The notes under the pieces are model-generated. The model had not been told where the DNA came from and did no database searches. It saw only the letters and a list, made by a program, of their open reading frames with translations. Position numbers and translations under genes: made by a program. This document shows positions 7,939 to 19,921 of a stretch of DNA of 64,000 nucleotides, piece after piece (the first letter of the stretch is position 1; each line of letters begins with the position of its first letter). The DNA comes from Dudresnaya verticillata (taxonomy: Eukaryota): NCBI GenBank assembly GCA_977862235.1, contig OZ374565.1, positions 2,418,001 through 2,482,000 on the forward strand, given 5' to 3'.

Positions 7939-10900
7939 TTCAACTTTATAACAGGTGACCATATTCTAATATTTGTCGACGTACAATCTACTGTAGTATC
8001 ACAACAAAGTTAAACCCCAACTCAAAACAACCTGCACATCTACACCTCCTGTTGGATCCCTTCCATCAGGCACTTGACGTTGTTCTGCACCAGTCGCGCC
8101 GCGTGCCTGTGGAACAGAGCCGCTCGCGAAACACCGCGAGTTACCATGGCCCGAGAAGCCACGGTATCCGCCAACTCTTGCATATACTTGTGCGCCTCCG
8201 GGTGCCAGCCACCTAGTGTGGTCATCGGCACCGGCACAAGCCTTGCCCCCGGTCCGGCAGCCTGGATGAAGCCACGATAAGTCCGCACCTTGTCAGCGTG
8301 GGCGTTCTTCAGCGTCCCTTGCGGGTTTGTTATGCAGCTGAGAATGCGTTGTTCTGACGACAGTGGATGACTGATTGTGACGTCCAGGTAGTCCGTTCCT
8401 CCTTCTGTTCCAAGCGCCTTGATGTCCGGCCGATCCAAGTGAGCCCCCACAGGGCGGGGCTCCACAATCGGGGTGCGTGTCGCACGTTTCAGATCCGAAG
8501 CCAGCAGACGAACCTGAGAGTCGTGGCGCCACGACCGAGGAGATCCGCTGTTCCGCATGCCGTTCGGACAAATCAGCAGATGGTCGCCGTGAACATCCAT
8601 CATCTTCTTGCACCCGGCCCGAGGACACTCCGTGTCGGGTTCCAGCAGTGGAATCCGACAGTAGAATCGAAGCCATACGCGGTAGTCCCGATCCGCAATG
8701 TACGTCTTCATGCCTGGTGCCGGCTGGCACTTGAGCCAGTCCTTGGCGCCCGGCACGCCAAGGGAAGCTCGGAAAGCTTGCGTCCGCCTGTCCCCGAGCG
8801 GCAGCTCGGCTTGCACTTTCTTCAGAACCAACCGCGTCAAGTCCCGCTGGCGCGGGCACTCGTCGCTGTCGATCTTCTCCAGGTCCAGGGCATCCTCACT
8901 ATGGCACTTGGCGCTCCAGTCTTCGTGCGCTTCTACTGCAAAAGGATCGTCAGAAAGAGCAGTGTTCACAGAAGCGGGTAAGATAGAACGCAGTAAGTTG
9001 CGGGTCAGTGAAAGGGACGCCAAAAACGCGCTCGAGTTCATGTCGCCAGCTCCCGAAATACCGATTCCGAAGCTGGGCTCTTTCGTGCGCAGGGGAAGCT
9101 GAAGTTCGCGGAAGGTGTCCCTCGGTAGGACTCCTCCCACGAGCTTGCGCATGCAAGCCTCAATCTTCTGGTCGAAGAGCTCGGCGCCCTTTGCCGTGGC
9201 GGATGATGGAACTACTCGCAGCAGGTAGTTCAGCCGGCAGACTCCGGCACAGTTGCGGAGTAGAGTGATGGCCACGTGTAGGTCTTCTAGTCCCGAAATT
9301 GCGTCCAGCAGGGGCTGGATGGACTCGACATGGCCATTCACGCTCTCCTCCATGTAGTTCTGCGTTCCAATCGGAGCCTGAAGTACTGTAGTGCCTTCTC
9401 CGTAGCTCTGCCCAAGATCCGACGGGTAGGCAGCGCAGTCTTCTGGGTCGGGTGCAGTAGGCCACCAAACAGTACACTTGTCCATGCGCAGGTGGAAGCC
9501 ATAGCCCTTAGCTTCCTCGGAGTCAAAGAAGGACAGAACCTTCCTGAGTACGGCGTGTTTCGCCACGATGACGCCGTCGTCCAGGTAGAACAGTGACAGC
9601 AGCAAGTTGTTCGCCCCCTCCGCTTGCTGATTGCGGCCCGAGCGCCGCAGGTCGGCGGTGAGTTCCTTCAACTGTTTGATCAGTGCCTGCAGCACCAAAG
9701 CAAACAGTAACGGCCCGAGCGGGTCACCTTGCTGTACACCAGTGACACTCCGCAGTAGAGTGTCACCCATCCACAGGTGCGGGCCCTCAGAGTCATAACA
9801 GTATCTGACCCACGGTAGTAGTTCAGGCATATGTCGGCGGACCTCCTTCATGAATGCTTTGCGGCTGACAAGGTTGAAGGCATTCTTCAAGTCCACTTGT
9901 AGCAACCCGTAGGACTTGTCATGGCCGTGAGACTTCTGCAGCTTCCGGACCGCGTGTACAATGGCTTCTGTGCCGCCCGAGGTTGCGACCCCGAGCTGAA
10001 GCGGTTCGAGGTATGCCTTGGCCTTGGGAGCGACTCTGGTCATGAGCATAGAGCTCACGAGTCGTCGGATTGTCTCTCCTACAGCAATGGGGCGGACACC
10101 GCCGGTGCGCTTCTTCAGAGCCGTGAGAGGAGCGCTGGCAATCCAAGGCGACAGCTCCGCAGGTCCTGCGCCGCTGGCCAGCACGTTGACCATTTTGGTG
10201 AGCCCGCCAAGCAGGCCCGTGTGCTCGTGAGTGGTCGGGACTGAGAGCAGTTCCTGCAGATGGGTCGGTGATAGTCCTGTTCCCCCCGAGGCCGAAGCCC
10301 GGGGGAACTTGGCCACTGCTTTTCGTACTTCGTCGGCTGTGAAAGGCACGAAGTCAGGCATGGTCGGCAGCGGTTCGGACTGGTCAAGCTCGTGGTCCGC
10401 GTCGGTTTGCGGTACGGACTGCGGGTGCTTGTCCTTCATGGACTGTATCACAGAGTCTGTGGCTGGGGCGATTCCATCAGAGTCTAGAGCTGCTGCTGCC
10501 TTACTGTAGGCGCCCTCCTTTGCGAGGCGAAGGGCTCGTGAGGCATTGATACGGCGTTGCTCTTCTGCGGAAGGCGCAGTCTGCTCACGGAATGTCGAGC
10601 CCTTCAAGGCCTCCTGCCATAGGGCGTCGTAATCCTTGAGTCCCCAGCGTCGGATTCGATCGCGGAAGGTGCCGATCGAGGACGCAGAGGTTGACGCGCT
10701 GGCCCTTGCACTCGCCGCGGGAGGATTGGACAAGACGGCTGCTGGAAAAAGCAGGAATGCAGTGAGCTCTTTGGTGGCTTCCTGAGAGTTGGTTGCGTTC
10801 GTAAAAGCCCATACCGTCTTGGACAGTGCGTCGCGCACCTCGGCGCGGACGCGAGACGGTATATGTGTGACCATAGGGATATGCGAGCGACAGATGTCTT

Positions 10901-12590
10901 CGACCGCCGGCAGAAGCTGCCCTCCTGGACCCCGCGCAACGGGTGGGGTTTGCGCAGTTGGTACCTCTCGAGTAGCAGGTACCGGTGCAGGAGGCGGCTC
11001 CTGGCTGTCCGGGATTCGTCGCGGGGCTGGCAGGATATCGTCCGCTGGCTCGCCGTCCTCGGGTTGCGTCTCCGTGACCGCGTCCAGAGCAGGAGACTGT
11101 GATGGCGCGGCTACAGTTTCTTCACGGCTCGGTGTCGTCAATTGGTTGGACGGGACGTGGGAGAACGCCGGAGTGCGAGTAGCGGGACATGCGCTGCAAT
11201 TCTTGTACCGCATACTGTACATGCCTTCACTGTTCATGCGGGAGCTACAGTGGGTGGGCATGTACTTGTTGTGAGTCACACAGTACCATACTCCATAGTC
11301 CAGGAGCTGCTGCTTGAGAGGCTCGATGTCGGTCCTCGTCGGTGGTCCTCGCCTGCCAGGAACATGCATCTTCCGCAGGTGCATGAGTAGCGCTTCTACA
11401 GTAGGCAGTGAGGACGACTGGCAGCCCAGAGGACAGCTGGTACTGTTTGTCGGGCGGTGTTTTGCCGAAGGCATAAAGCATGGAGAGAGCCATACCTTCG
11501 GCATGTCGGGGTGCTGCTGACCAATCATGGTTACAGCGCTGGGTAAGGTACCTGTAAAGGTCCTCTACAGTAGGTTCCCACGGGGCACAGACCTCCTAAC
11601 CGGGACGCAAGCCTGTCGTCCGTCGTCAGTCTGTTCGGGACACCTCCAGAGGGTGCTACAGGTGGCCTTGCTGCGAGATGAGGGCCTCTTCGCAGCGTAG
11701 GGCGCGAGATCGCGCACTTTGCGCACGAGCTCGCGCAAAAGGGCGCGCGTGTTAGCGTTCGTGCGCGCAGAGTTATCGGACGTTCCCTTCCCTGCCGCAG
11801 CTGAGAAGACTCTCTTCACTGCGGTCCTGTAACGCGCGGTACTTCTCGTTTGCACAAGCTCTCAATGGGGTCGCAGAACCACCGTTTACCTGTGAGTGCC
11901 CACAGGATTTTTGGCCTCCCCCGAAGGTTCGCTGGCAGGACGTTCGCTCGATCTTAGAAGGGGTGGTTTCAAAACAGGATCCACCAGGCTTAAGCCACGT
12001 TACCCCAACTTCGACGTTGCTTGGCACGTTTCTGCGATGAGCTTGTGGGTCACGAGCCGCCTACCACTCAAGGTCGAGGGTCTTTGGCGATTCCCACACT
12101 TGTAGGTCTCTCGGCACTTCCCGAAGGAAGATTTTACAGGACAAGCCTGGCCTTTGCCAATCTGTCAGTTGAAGGGTGTGAAACCCCTCTGTCGACAGTC
12201 CACGGCAGCCTAGACAGAGTCTAGGCTGTGCCGGGTACAAGCAAAACGCGTACAGGGCCAGGGAAAGAAAGATAAGTCAGTGGGGCCCGGGCAAATTTCA
12301 AGGTGAGGGATCACCTTAAAAGTAAGCGCAAAATAGGAAACGCGTGACCGTCGGCGACGACGGCGGCGGCGACGGCGGCGACGACGACGGCGTCGCGGCG
12401 CAGATCGGCGGCGCGGAAAGAGACAAAAGTAGACCGCGCTCGCCCGCCCGCGAAGGTGAAGGGCTGAAAAACCCCGCACCGACGCGCCGTCGCGCGCTCG
12501 AACAGGCGGCACCGCCGCCGAAAAGATCGGTGCAGAACTTGCTGAGAAATCTCCGAAACAAAAAATTCGGCAGATCGCGAGGGGTCCTCC
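7939..12590 (-). mobile_element. E2: full-length copy, head-to-tail with E1
   Basis: Same 3' end after AGTACTGAGGTGAG; type-B 5' end ending in GAGGGGTCCTCC. Confidence 0.93.
8040..11528 (-). CDS. RT-RLE retrotransposon protein, 1162 aa (E2)
   Basis: Intact ORF with the same motifs as E1. Confidence 0.95.
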   Translation of the reverse strand: MIGQQHPDMPKVWLSPCFMPSAKHRPTNSTSCPLGCQSSSLPTVEALLMHLRKMHVPGRRGPPTRTDIEPLKQQLLDYGVWYCVTHNKYMPTHCSSRMNSEGMYSMRYKNCSACPATRTPAFSHVPSNQLTTPSREETVAAPSQSPALDAVTETQPEDGEPADDILPAPRRIPDSQEPPPAPVPATREVPTAQTPPVARGPGGQLLPAVEDICRSHIPMVTHIPSRVRAEVRDALSKTVWAFTNATNSQEATKELTAFLLFPAAVLSNPPAASARASASTSASSIGTFRDRIRRWGLKDYDALWQEALKGSTFREQTAPSAEEQRRINASRALRLAKEGAYSKAAAALDSDGIAPATDSVIQSMKDKHPQSVPQTDADHELDQSEPLPTMPDFVPFTADEVRKAVAKFPRASASGGTGLSPTHLQELLSVPTTHEHTGLLGGLTKMVNVLASGAGPAELSPWIASAPLTALKKRTGGVRPIAVGETIRRLVSSMLMTRVAPKAKAYLEPLQLGVATSGGTEAIVHAVRKLQKSHGHDKSYGLLQVDLKNAFNLVSRKAFMKEVRRHMPELLPWVRYCYDSEGPHLWMGDTLLRSVTGVQQGDPLGPLLFALVLQALIKQLKELTADLRRSGRNQQAEGANNLLLSLFYLDDGVIVAKHAVLRKVLSFFDSEEAKGYGFHLRMDKCTVWWPTAPDPEDCAAYPSDLGQSYGEGTTVLQAPIGTQNYMEESVNGHVESIQPLLDAISGLEDLHVAITLLRNCAGVCRLNYLLRVVPSSATAKGAELFDQKIEACMRKLVGGVLPRDTFRELQLPLRTKEPSFGIGISGAGDMNSSAFLASLSLTRNLLRSILPASVNTALSDDPFAVEAHEDWSAKCHSEDALDLEKIDSDECPRQRDLTRLVLKKVQAELPLGDRRTQAFRASLGVPGAKDWLKCQPAPGMKTYIADRDYRVWLRFYCRIPLLEPDTECPRAGCKKMMDVHGDHLLICPNGMRNSGSPRSWRHDSQVRLLASDLKRATRTPIVEPRPVGAHLDRPDIKALGTEGGTDYLDVTISHPLSSEQRILSCITNPQGTLKNAHADKVRTYRGFIQAAGPGARLVPVPMTTLGGWHPEAHKYMQELADTVASRAMVTRGVSRAALFHRHAARLVQNNVKCLMEGIQQEV

Positions 12591-12621
12591 AGTACTATAG
12601 TACTGAGGTGAGGGATCACTC

Positions 12622-12667
12622 AGTACTGAGGTGAGGGATCACTCTGGAATCGCCAGTGCCGAATGTT
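12622..12667 (+). pseudogene. 5S rRNA 3' part after E1+E2 (includes duplicated target)
   Basis: AGTACTGAGGTGAGGGATCACTCTGG...GCCGAATGT followed by the T-run. Confidence 0.93.
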
Positions 12668-13755
12668 TTTATTTTTTTGCACCTCATTCCTTCCTCCCCG
12701 CCGCCCTCTGCGTACATTGCTGCCTTGCATACCTCTCCCACAGAATCCCCGACCCACTGCCTCTGTACAGCGTATTCTTTTCACTCGCACTTTTCCCCTT
12801 TTCTTGTAAGTGGGAGGGAGTCTGAGAGTGTTTGCAGGTGTCTAGGGGTTGTTTAGGGTTAGGTCTAGGGTTAGTTTGGTTACTGTGGTACGCGAGGGGC
12901 ATGATATTGGGAGGGTAAAGGGTCTAGTGTTGGTGCATGGAATGAATCATGGTGGTGGAAGGAATGGATCAGTGTGGTGGATGAATTGGATTTAGGGACA
13001 TAGAATTGGATTAGATTTAGTACCCAGAAGATTGGATCAAGGATCACCACAATCGGATCAAGTCTGGTGGCTGGGGTGAGGGTGGCTTGGACGTTTGTGC
13101 TCATAACTTTGGAACGGCTGGGGCTAGGGAGCTGCTCAGTAGCTGAATCGAAGCGTCTCGTTGCTGCGCATTGCGTAGCGCTCTTACCCTCCTAAATCGA
13201 CTTTTTGGCGCGTTTCTATGGTGCAAAACGTCCCCACGGGCCGTCGGCAGCTTTTGAGCAGATCAAATAGGGGTTTGGGGCATGTATGGTTATGGGTGGG
13301 TTTAGGGGTGTTAGGGATGTGTCATTTTAACGCGTTTAGGAGTGTAGGGAGTGGGAATGAAAGTAGTAAGGATGAGGAAATGGAAAGGGAAGGATGAGAA
13401 AGTATAGTACAATGCAGTAATACAAATCACGGAATGCATCAGGTTGGGATCCAATAAGGGTGGATGGATTGGATCAACGGAAGTCAAGGCGTTATAGGAT
13501 TGGATCTAGGGGCTCTGTAAATTAGATTGGGTGCTGGTTTCATTGAACCAAGGGGTCAGAACGTCCATGAGCTGGTTGACTGTATTTATATTGAATCCTG
13601 CGTTTAGAGTAAATGGTATACGGTTATGGGTCATTACTTTAATGCTCCACGTGTACACTACAGTCGGATGGACATTGGACGCAGGAGTCTTTAGTCGATG
13701 ACGGGGAGTGCAGTTGATGGCGCATTTAAATAGGGGTACGGCGGGAACAGCAAGC

Positions 13756-13876
13756 ACATTCGGCCATACTACGCAGACATGCTCCGTATCCCATCCCGAA
13801 CTGCGAAGATAAGTCTCGTCAGGCTGGTTTAGTACTGAGGTGAGGGATCACTCTGGAATCGCCAGTGCCGAATGTT
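13756..13876 (+). rRNA. 5S rRNA gene, intact
   Basis: Identical to 772-892. Confidence 0.96.
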
Positions 13877-14964
13877 TTTATTTTTTTGCACCTCATTCCT
13901 TCCTCCCCGCCGCCCTCTGCGTACATTGCTGCCTTGCATACCTCTCCCACAGAATCCCCGACCCACTGCCTCTGTACAGCGTATTCTTTTCACTCGCACT
14001 TTTCCCCTTTTCTTGTAAGTGGGAGGGAGTCTGAGAGTGTTTGCAGGTGTCTAGGGGTTGTTTAGGGTTAGGTCTAGGGTTAGTTTGGTTACTGTGGTAC
14101 GCGAGGGGCATGATATTGGGAGGGTAAAGGGTCTAGTGTTGGTGCATGGAATGAATCATGGTGGTGGAAGGAATGGATCAGTGTGGTGGATGAATTGGAT
14201 TTAGGGACATAGAATTGGATTAGATTTAGTACCCAGAAGATTGGATCAAGGATCACCACAATCGGATCAAGTCTGGTGGCTGGGGTGAGGGTGGCTTGGA
14301 CGTTTGTGCTCATAACTTTGGAACGGCTGGGGCTAGGGAGCTGCTCAGTAGCTGAATCGAAGCGTCTCGTTGCTGCGCATTGCGTAGCGCTCTTACCCTC
14401 CTAAATCGACTTTTTGGCGCGTTTCTATGGTGCAAAACGTCCCCACGGGCCGTCGGCAGCTTTTGAGCAGATCAAATAGGGGTTTGGGGCATGTATGGTT
14501 ATGGGTGGGTTTAGGGGTGTTAGGGATGTGTCATTTTAACGCGTTTAGGAGTGTAGGGAGTGGGAATGAAAGTAGTAAGGATGAGGAAATGGAAAGGGAA
14601 GGATGAGAAAGTATAGTACAATGCAGTAATACAAATCACGGAATGCATCAGGTTGGGATCCAATAAGGGTGGATGGATTGGATCAACGGAAGTCAAGGCG
14701 TTATAGGATTGGATCTAGGGGCTCTGTAAATTAGATTGGGTGCTGGTTTCATTGAACCAAGGGGTCAGAACGTCCATGAGCTGGTTGACTGTATTTATAT
14801 TGAATCCTGCGTTTAGAGTAAATGGTATACGGTTATGGGTCATTACTTTAATGCTCCACGTGTACACTACAGTCGGATGGACATTGGACGCAGGAGTCTT
14901 TAGTCGATGACGGGGAGTGCAGTTGATGGCGCATTTAAATAGGGGTACGGCGGGAACAGCAAGC

Positions 14965-15085
14965 ACATTCGGCCATACTACGCAGACATGCTCCGTATCC
15001 CATCCCGAACTGCGAAGATAAGTCTCGTCAGGCTGGTTTAGTACTGAGGTGAGGGATCACTCTGGAATCGCCAGTGCCGAATGTT
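14965..15085 (+). rRNA. 5S rRNA gene, intact
   Basis: Identical to 772-892. Confidence 0.96.
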
Positions 15086-16173
15086 TTTATTTTTTTGCAC
15101 CTCATTCCTTCCTCCCCGCCGCCCTCTGCGTACATTGCTGCCTTGCATACCTCTCCCACAGAATCCCCGACCCACTGCCTCTGTACAGCGTATTCTTTTC
15201 ACTCGCACTTTTCCCCTTTTCTTGTAAGTGGGAGGGAGTCTGAGAGTGTTTGCAGGTGTCTAGGGGTTGTTTAGGGTTAGGTCTAGGGTTAGTTTGGTTA
15301 CTGTGGTACGCGAGGGGCATGATATTGGGAGGGTAAAGGGTCTAGTGTTGGTGCATGGAATGAATCATGGTGGTGGAAGGAATGGATCAGTGTGGTGGAT
15401 GAATTGGATTTAGGGACATAGAATTGGATTAGATTTAGTACCCAGAAGATTGGATCAAGGATCACCACAATCGGATCAAGTCTGGTGGCTGGGGTGAGGG
15501 TGGCTTGGACGTTTGTGCTCATAACTTTGGAACGGCTGGGGCTAGGGAGCTGCTCAGTAGCTGAATCGAAGCGTCTCGTTGCTGCGCATTGCGTAGCGCT
15601 CTTACCCTCCTAAATCGACTTTTTGGCGCGTTTCTATGGTGCAAAACGTCCCCACGGGCCGTCGGCAGCTTTTGAGCAGATCAAATAGGGGTTTGGGGCA
15701 TGTATGGTTATGGGTGGGTTTAGGGGTGTTAGGGATGTGTCATTTTAACGCGTTTAGGAGTGTAGGGAGTGGGAATGAAAGTAGTAAGGATGAGGAAATG
15801 GAAAGGGAAGGATGAGAAAGTATAGTACAATGCAGTAATACAAATCACGGAATGCATCAGGTTGGGATCCAATAAGGGTGGATGGATTGGATCAACGGAA
15901 GTCAAGGCGTTATAGGATTGGATCTAGGGGCTCTGTAAATTAGATTGGGTGCTGGTTTCATTGAACCAAGGGGTCAGAACGTCCATGAGCTGGTTGACTG
16001 TATTTATATTGAATCCTGCGTTTAGAGTAAATGGTATACGGTTATGGGTCATTACTTTAATGCTCCACGTGTACACTACAGTCGGATGGACATTGGACGC
16101 AGGAGTCTTTAGTCGATGACGGGGAGTGCAGTTGATGGCGCATTTAAATAGGGGTACGGCGGGAACAGCAAGC

Positions 16174-16294
16174 ACATTCGGCCATACTACGCAGACATGC
16201 TCCGTATCCCATCCCGAACTGCGAAGATAAGTCTCGTCAGGCTGGTTTAGTACTGAGGTGAGGGATCACTCTGGAATCGCCAGTGCCGAATGTT
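16174..16294 (+). rRNA. 5S rRNA gene, intact
   Basis: Identical to 772-892. Confidence 0.96.
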
Positions 16295-17382
16295 TTTATT
16301 TTTTTGCACCTCATTCCTTCCTCCCCGCCGCCCTCTGCGTACATTGCTGCCTTGCATACCTCTCCCACAGAATCCCCGACCCACTGCCTCTGTACAGCGT
16401 ATTCTTTTCACTCGCACTTTTCCCCTTTTCTTGTAAGTGGGAGGGAGTCTGAGAGTGTTTGCAGGTGTCTAGGGGTTGTTTAGGGTTAGGTCTAGGGTTA
16501 GTTTGGTTACTGTGGTACGCGAGGGGCATGATATTGGGAGGGTAAAGGGTCTAGTGTTGGTGCATGGAATGAATCATGGTGGTGGAAGGAATGGATCAGT
16601 GTGGTGGATGAATTGGATTTAGGGACATAGAATTGGATTAGATTTAGTACCCAGAAGATTGGATCAAGGATCACCACAATCGGATCAAGTCTGGTGGCTG
16701 GGGTGAGGGTGGCTTGGACGTTTGTGCTCATAACTTTGGAACGGCTGGGGCTAGGGAGCTGCTCAGTAGCTGAATCGAAGCGTCTCGTTGCTGCGCATTG
16801 CGTAGCGCTCTTACCCTCCTAAATCGACTTTTTGGCGCGTTTCTATGGTGCAAAACGTCCCCACGGGCCGTCGGCAGCTTTTGAGCAGATCAAATAGGGG
16901 TTTGGGGCATGTATGGTTATGGGTGGGTTTAGGGGTGTTAGGGATGTGTCATTTTAACGCGTTTAGGAGTGTAGGGAGTGGGAATGAAAGTAGTAAGGAT
17001 GAGGAAATGGAAAGGGAAGGATGAGAAAGTATAGTACAATGCAGTAATACAAATCACGGAATGCATCAGGTTGGGATCCAATAAGGGTGGATGGATTGGA
17101 TCAACGGAAGTCAAGGCGTTATAGGATTGGATCTAGGGGCTCTGTAAATTAGATTGGGTGCTGGTTTCATTGAACCAAGGGGTCAGAACGTCCATGAGCT
17201 GGTTGACTGTATTTATATTGAATCCTGCGTTTAGAGTAAATGGTATACGGTTATGGGTCATTACTTTAATGCTCCACGTGTACACTACAGTCGGATGGAC
17301 ATTGGACGCAGGAGTCTTTAGTCGATGACGGGGAGTGCAGTTGATGGCGCATTTAAATAGGGGTACGGCGGGAACAGCAAGC

Positions 17383-17503
17383 ACATTCGGCCATACTACG
17401 CAGACATGCTCCGTATCCCATCCCGAACTGCGAAGATAAGTCTCGTCAGGCTGGTTTAGTACTGAGGTGAGGGATCACTCTGGAATCGCCAGTGCCGAAT
17501 GTT
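17383..17503 (+). rRNA. 5S rRNA gene, intact
   Basis: Identical to 772-892. Confidence 0.96.
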
Positions 17504-18591
17504 TTTATTTTTTTGCACCTCATTCCTTCCTCCCCGCCGCCCTCTGCGTACATTGCTGCCTTGCATACCTCTCCCACAGAATCCCCGACCCACTGCCTCT
17601 GTACAGCGTATTCTTTTCACTCGCACTTTTCCCCTTTTCTTGTAAGTGGGAGGGAGTCTGAGAGTGTTTGCAGGTGTCTAGGGGTTGTTTAGGGTTAGGT
17701 CTAGGGTTAGTTTGGTTACTGTGGTACGCGAGGGGCATGATATTGGGAGGGTAAAGGGTCTAGTGTTGGTGCATGGAATGAATCATGGTGGTGGAAGGAA
17801 TGGATCAGTGTGGTGGATGAATTGGATTTAGGGACATAGAATTGGATTAGATTTAGTACCCAGAAGATTGGATCAAGGATCACCACAATCGGATCAAGTC
17901 TGGTGGCTGGGGTGAGGGTGGCTTGGACGTTTGTGCTCATAACTTTGGAACGGCTGGGGCTAGGGAGCTGCTCAGTAGCTGAATCGAAGCGTCTCGTTGC
18001 TGCGCATTGCGTAGCGCTCTTACCCTCCTAAATCGACTTTTTGGCGCGTTTCTATGGTGCAAAACGTCCCCACGGGCCGTCGGCAGCTTTTGAGCAGATC
18101 AAATAGGGGTTTGGGGCATGTATGGTTATGGGTGGGTTTAGGGGTGTTAGGGATGTGTCATTTTAACGCGTTTAGGAGTGTAGGGAGTGGGAATGAAAGT
18201 AGTAAGGATGAGGAAATGGAAAGGGAAGGATGAGAAAGTATAGTACAATGCAGTAATACAAATCACGGAATGCATCAGGTTGGGATCCAATAAGGGTGGA
18301 TGGATTGGATCAACGGAAGTCAAGGCGTTATAGGATTGGATCTAGGGGCTCTGTAAATTAGATTGGGTGCTGGTTTCATTGAACCAAGGGGTCAGAACGT
18401 CCATGAGCTGGTTGACTGTATTTATATTGAATCCTGCGTTTAGAGTAAATGGTATACGGTTATGGGTCATTACTTTAATGCTCCACGTGTACACTACAGT
18501 CGGATGGACATTGGACGCAGGAGTCTTTAGTCGATGACGGGGAGTGCAGTTGATGGCGCATTTAAATAGGGGTACGGCGGGAACAGCAAGC

Positions 18592-18712
18592 ACATTCGGC
18601 CATACTACGCAGACATGCTCCGTATCCCATCCCGAACTGCGAAGATAAGTCTCGTCAGGCTGGTTTAGTACTGAGGTGAGGGATCACTCTGGAATCGCCA
18701 GTGCCGAATGTT
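18592..18712 (+). rRNA. 5S rRNA gene, intact
   Basis: Identical to 772-892. Confidence 0.96.
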
Positions 18713-19800
18713 TTTATTTTTTTGCACCTCATTCCTTCCTCCCCGCCGCCCTCTGCGTACATTGCTGCCTTGCATACCTCTCCCACAGAATCCCCGACCC
18801 ACTGCCTCTGTACAGCGTATTCTTTTCACTCGCACTTTTCCCCTTTTCTTGTAAGTGGGAGGGAGTCTGAGAGTGTTTGCAGGTGTCTAGGGGTTGTTTA
18901 GGGTTAGGTCTAGGGTTAGTTTGGTTACTGTGGTACGCGAGGGGCATGATATTGGGAGGGTAAAGGGTCTAGTGTTGGTGCATGGAATGAATCATGGTGG
19001 TGGAAGGAATGGATCAGTGTGGTGGATGAATTGGATTTAGGGACATAGAATTGGATTAGATTTAGTACCCAGAAGATTGGATCAAGGATCACCACAATCG
19101 GATCAAGTCTGGTGGCTGGGGTGAGGGTGGCTTGGACGTTTGTGCTCATAACTTTGGAACGGCTGGGGCTAGGGAGCTGCTCAGTAGCTGAATCGAAGCG
19201 TCTCGTTGCTGCGCATTGCGTAGCGCTCTTACCCTCCTAAATCGACTTTTTGGCGCGTTTCTATGGTGCAAAACGTCCCCACGGGCCGTCGGCAGCTTTT
19301 GAGCAGATCAAATAGGGGTTTGGGGCATGTATGGTTATGGGTGGGTTTAGGGGTGTTAGGGATGTGTCATTTTAACGCGTTTAGGAGTGTAGGGAGTGGG
19401 AATGAAAGTAGTAAGGATGAGGAAATGGAAAGGGAAGGATGAGAAAGTATAGTACAATGCAGTAATACAAATCACGGAATGCATCAGGTTGGGATCCAAT
19501 AAGGGTGGATGGATTGGATCAACGGAAGTCAAGGCGTTATAGGATTGGATCTAGGGGCTCTGTAAATTAGATTGGGTGCTGGTTTCATTGAACCAAGGGG
19601 TCAGAACGTCCATGAGCTGGTTGACTGTATTTATATTGAATCCTGCGTTTAGAGTAAATGGTATACGGTTATGGGTCATTACTTTAATGCTCCACGTGTA
19701 CACTACAGTCGGATGGACATTGGACGCAGGAGTCTTTAGTCGATGACGGGGAGTGCAGTTGATGGCGCATTTAAATAGGGGTACGGCGGGAACAGCAAGC

Positions 19801-19921
19801 ACATTCGGCCATACTACGCAGACATGCTCCGTATCCCATCCCGAACTGCGAAGATAAGTCTCGTCAGGCTGGTTTAGTACTGAGGTGAGGGATCACTCTG
19901 GAATCGCCAGTGCCGAATGTT
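19801..19921 (+). rRNA. 5S rRNA gene, intact
   Basis: Identical to 772-892. Confidence 0.96.

Noticed and set aside
7550..7962. Poly-Arg, Gly-Asp and Ser-Pro ORFs near the element 5' end
   Set aside because: Translations of the GAC/GGC tract; several change start or end with each junction.
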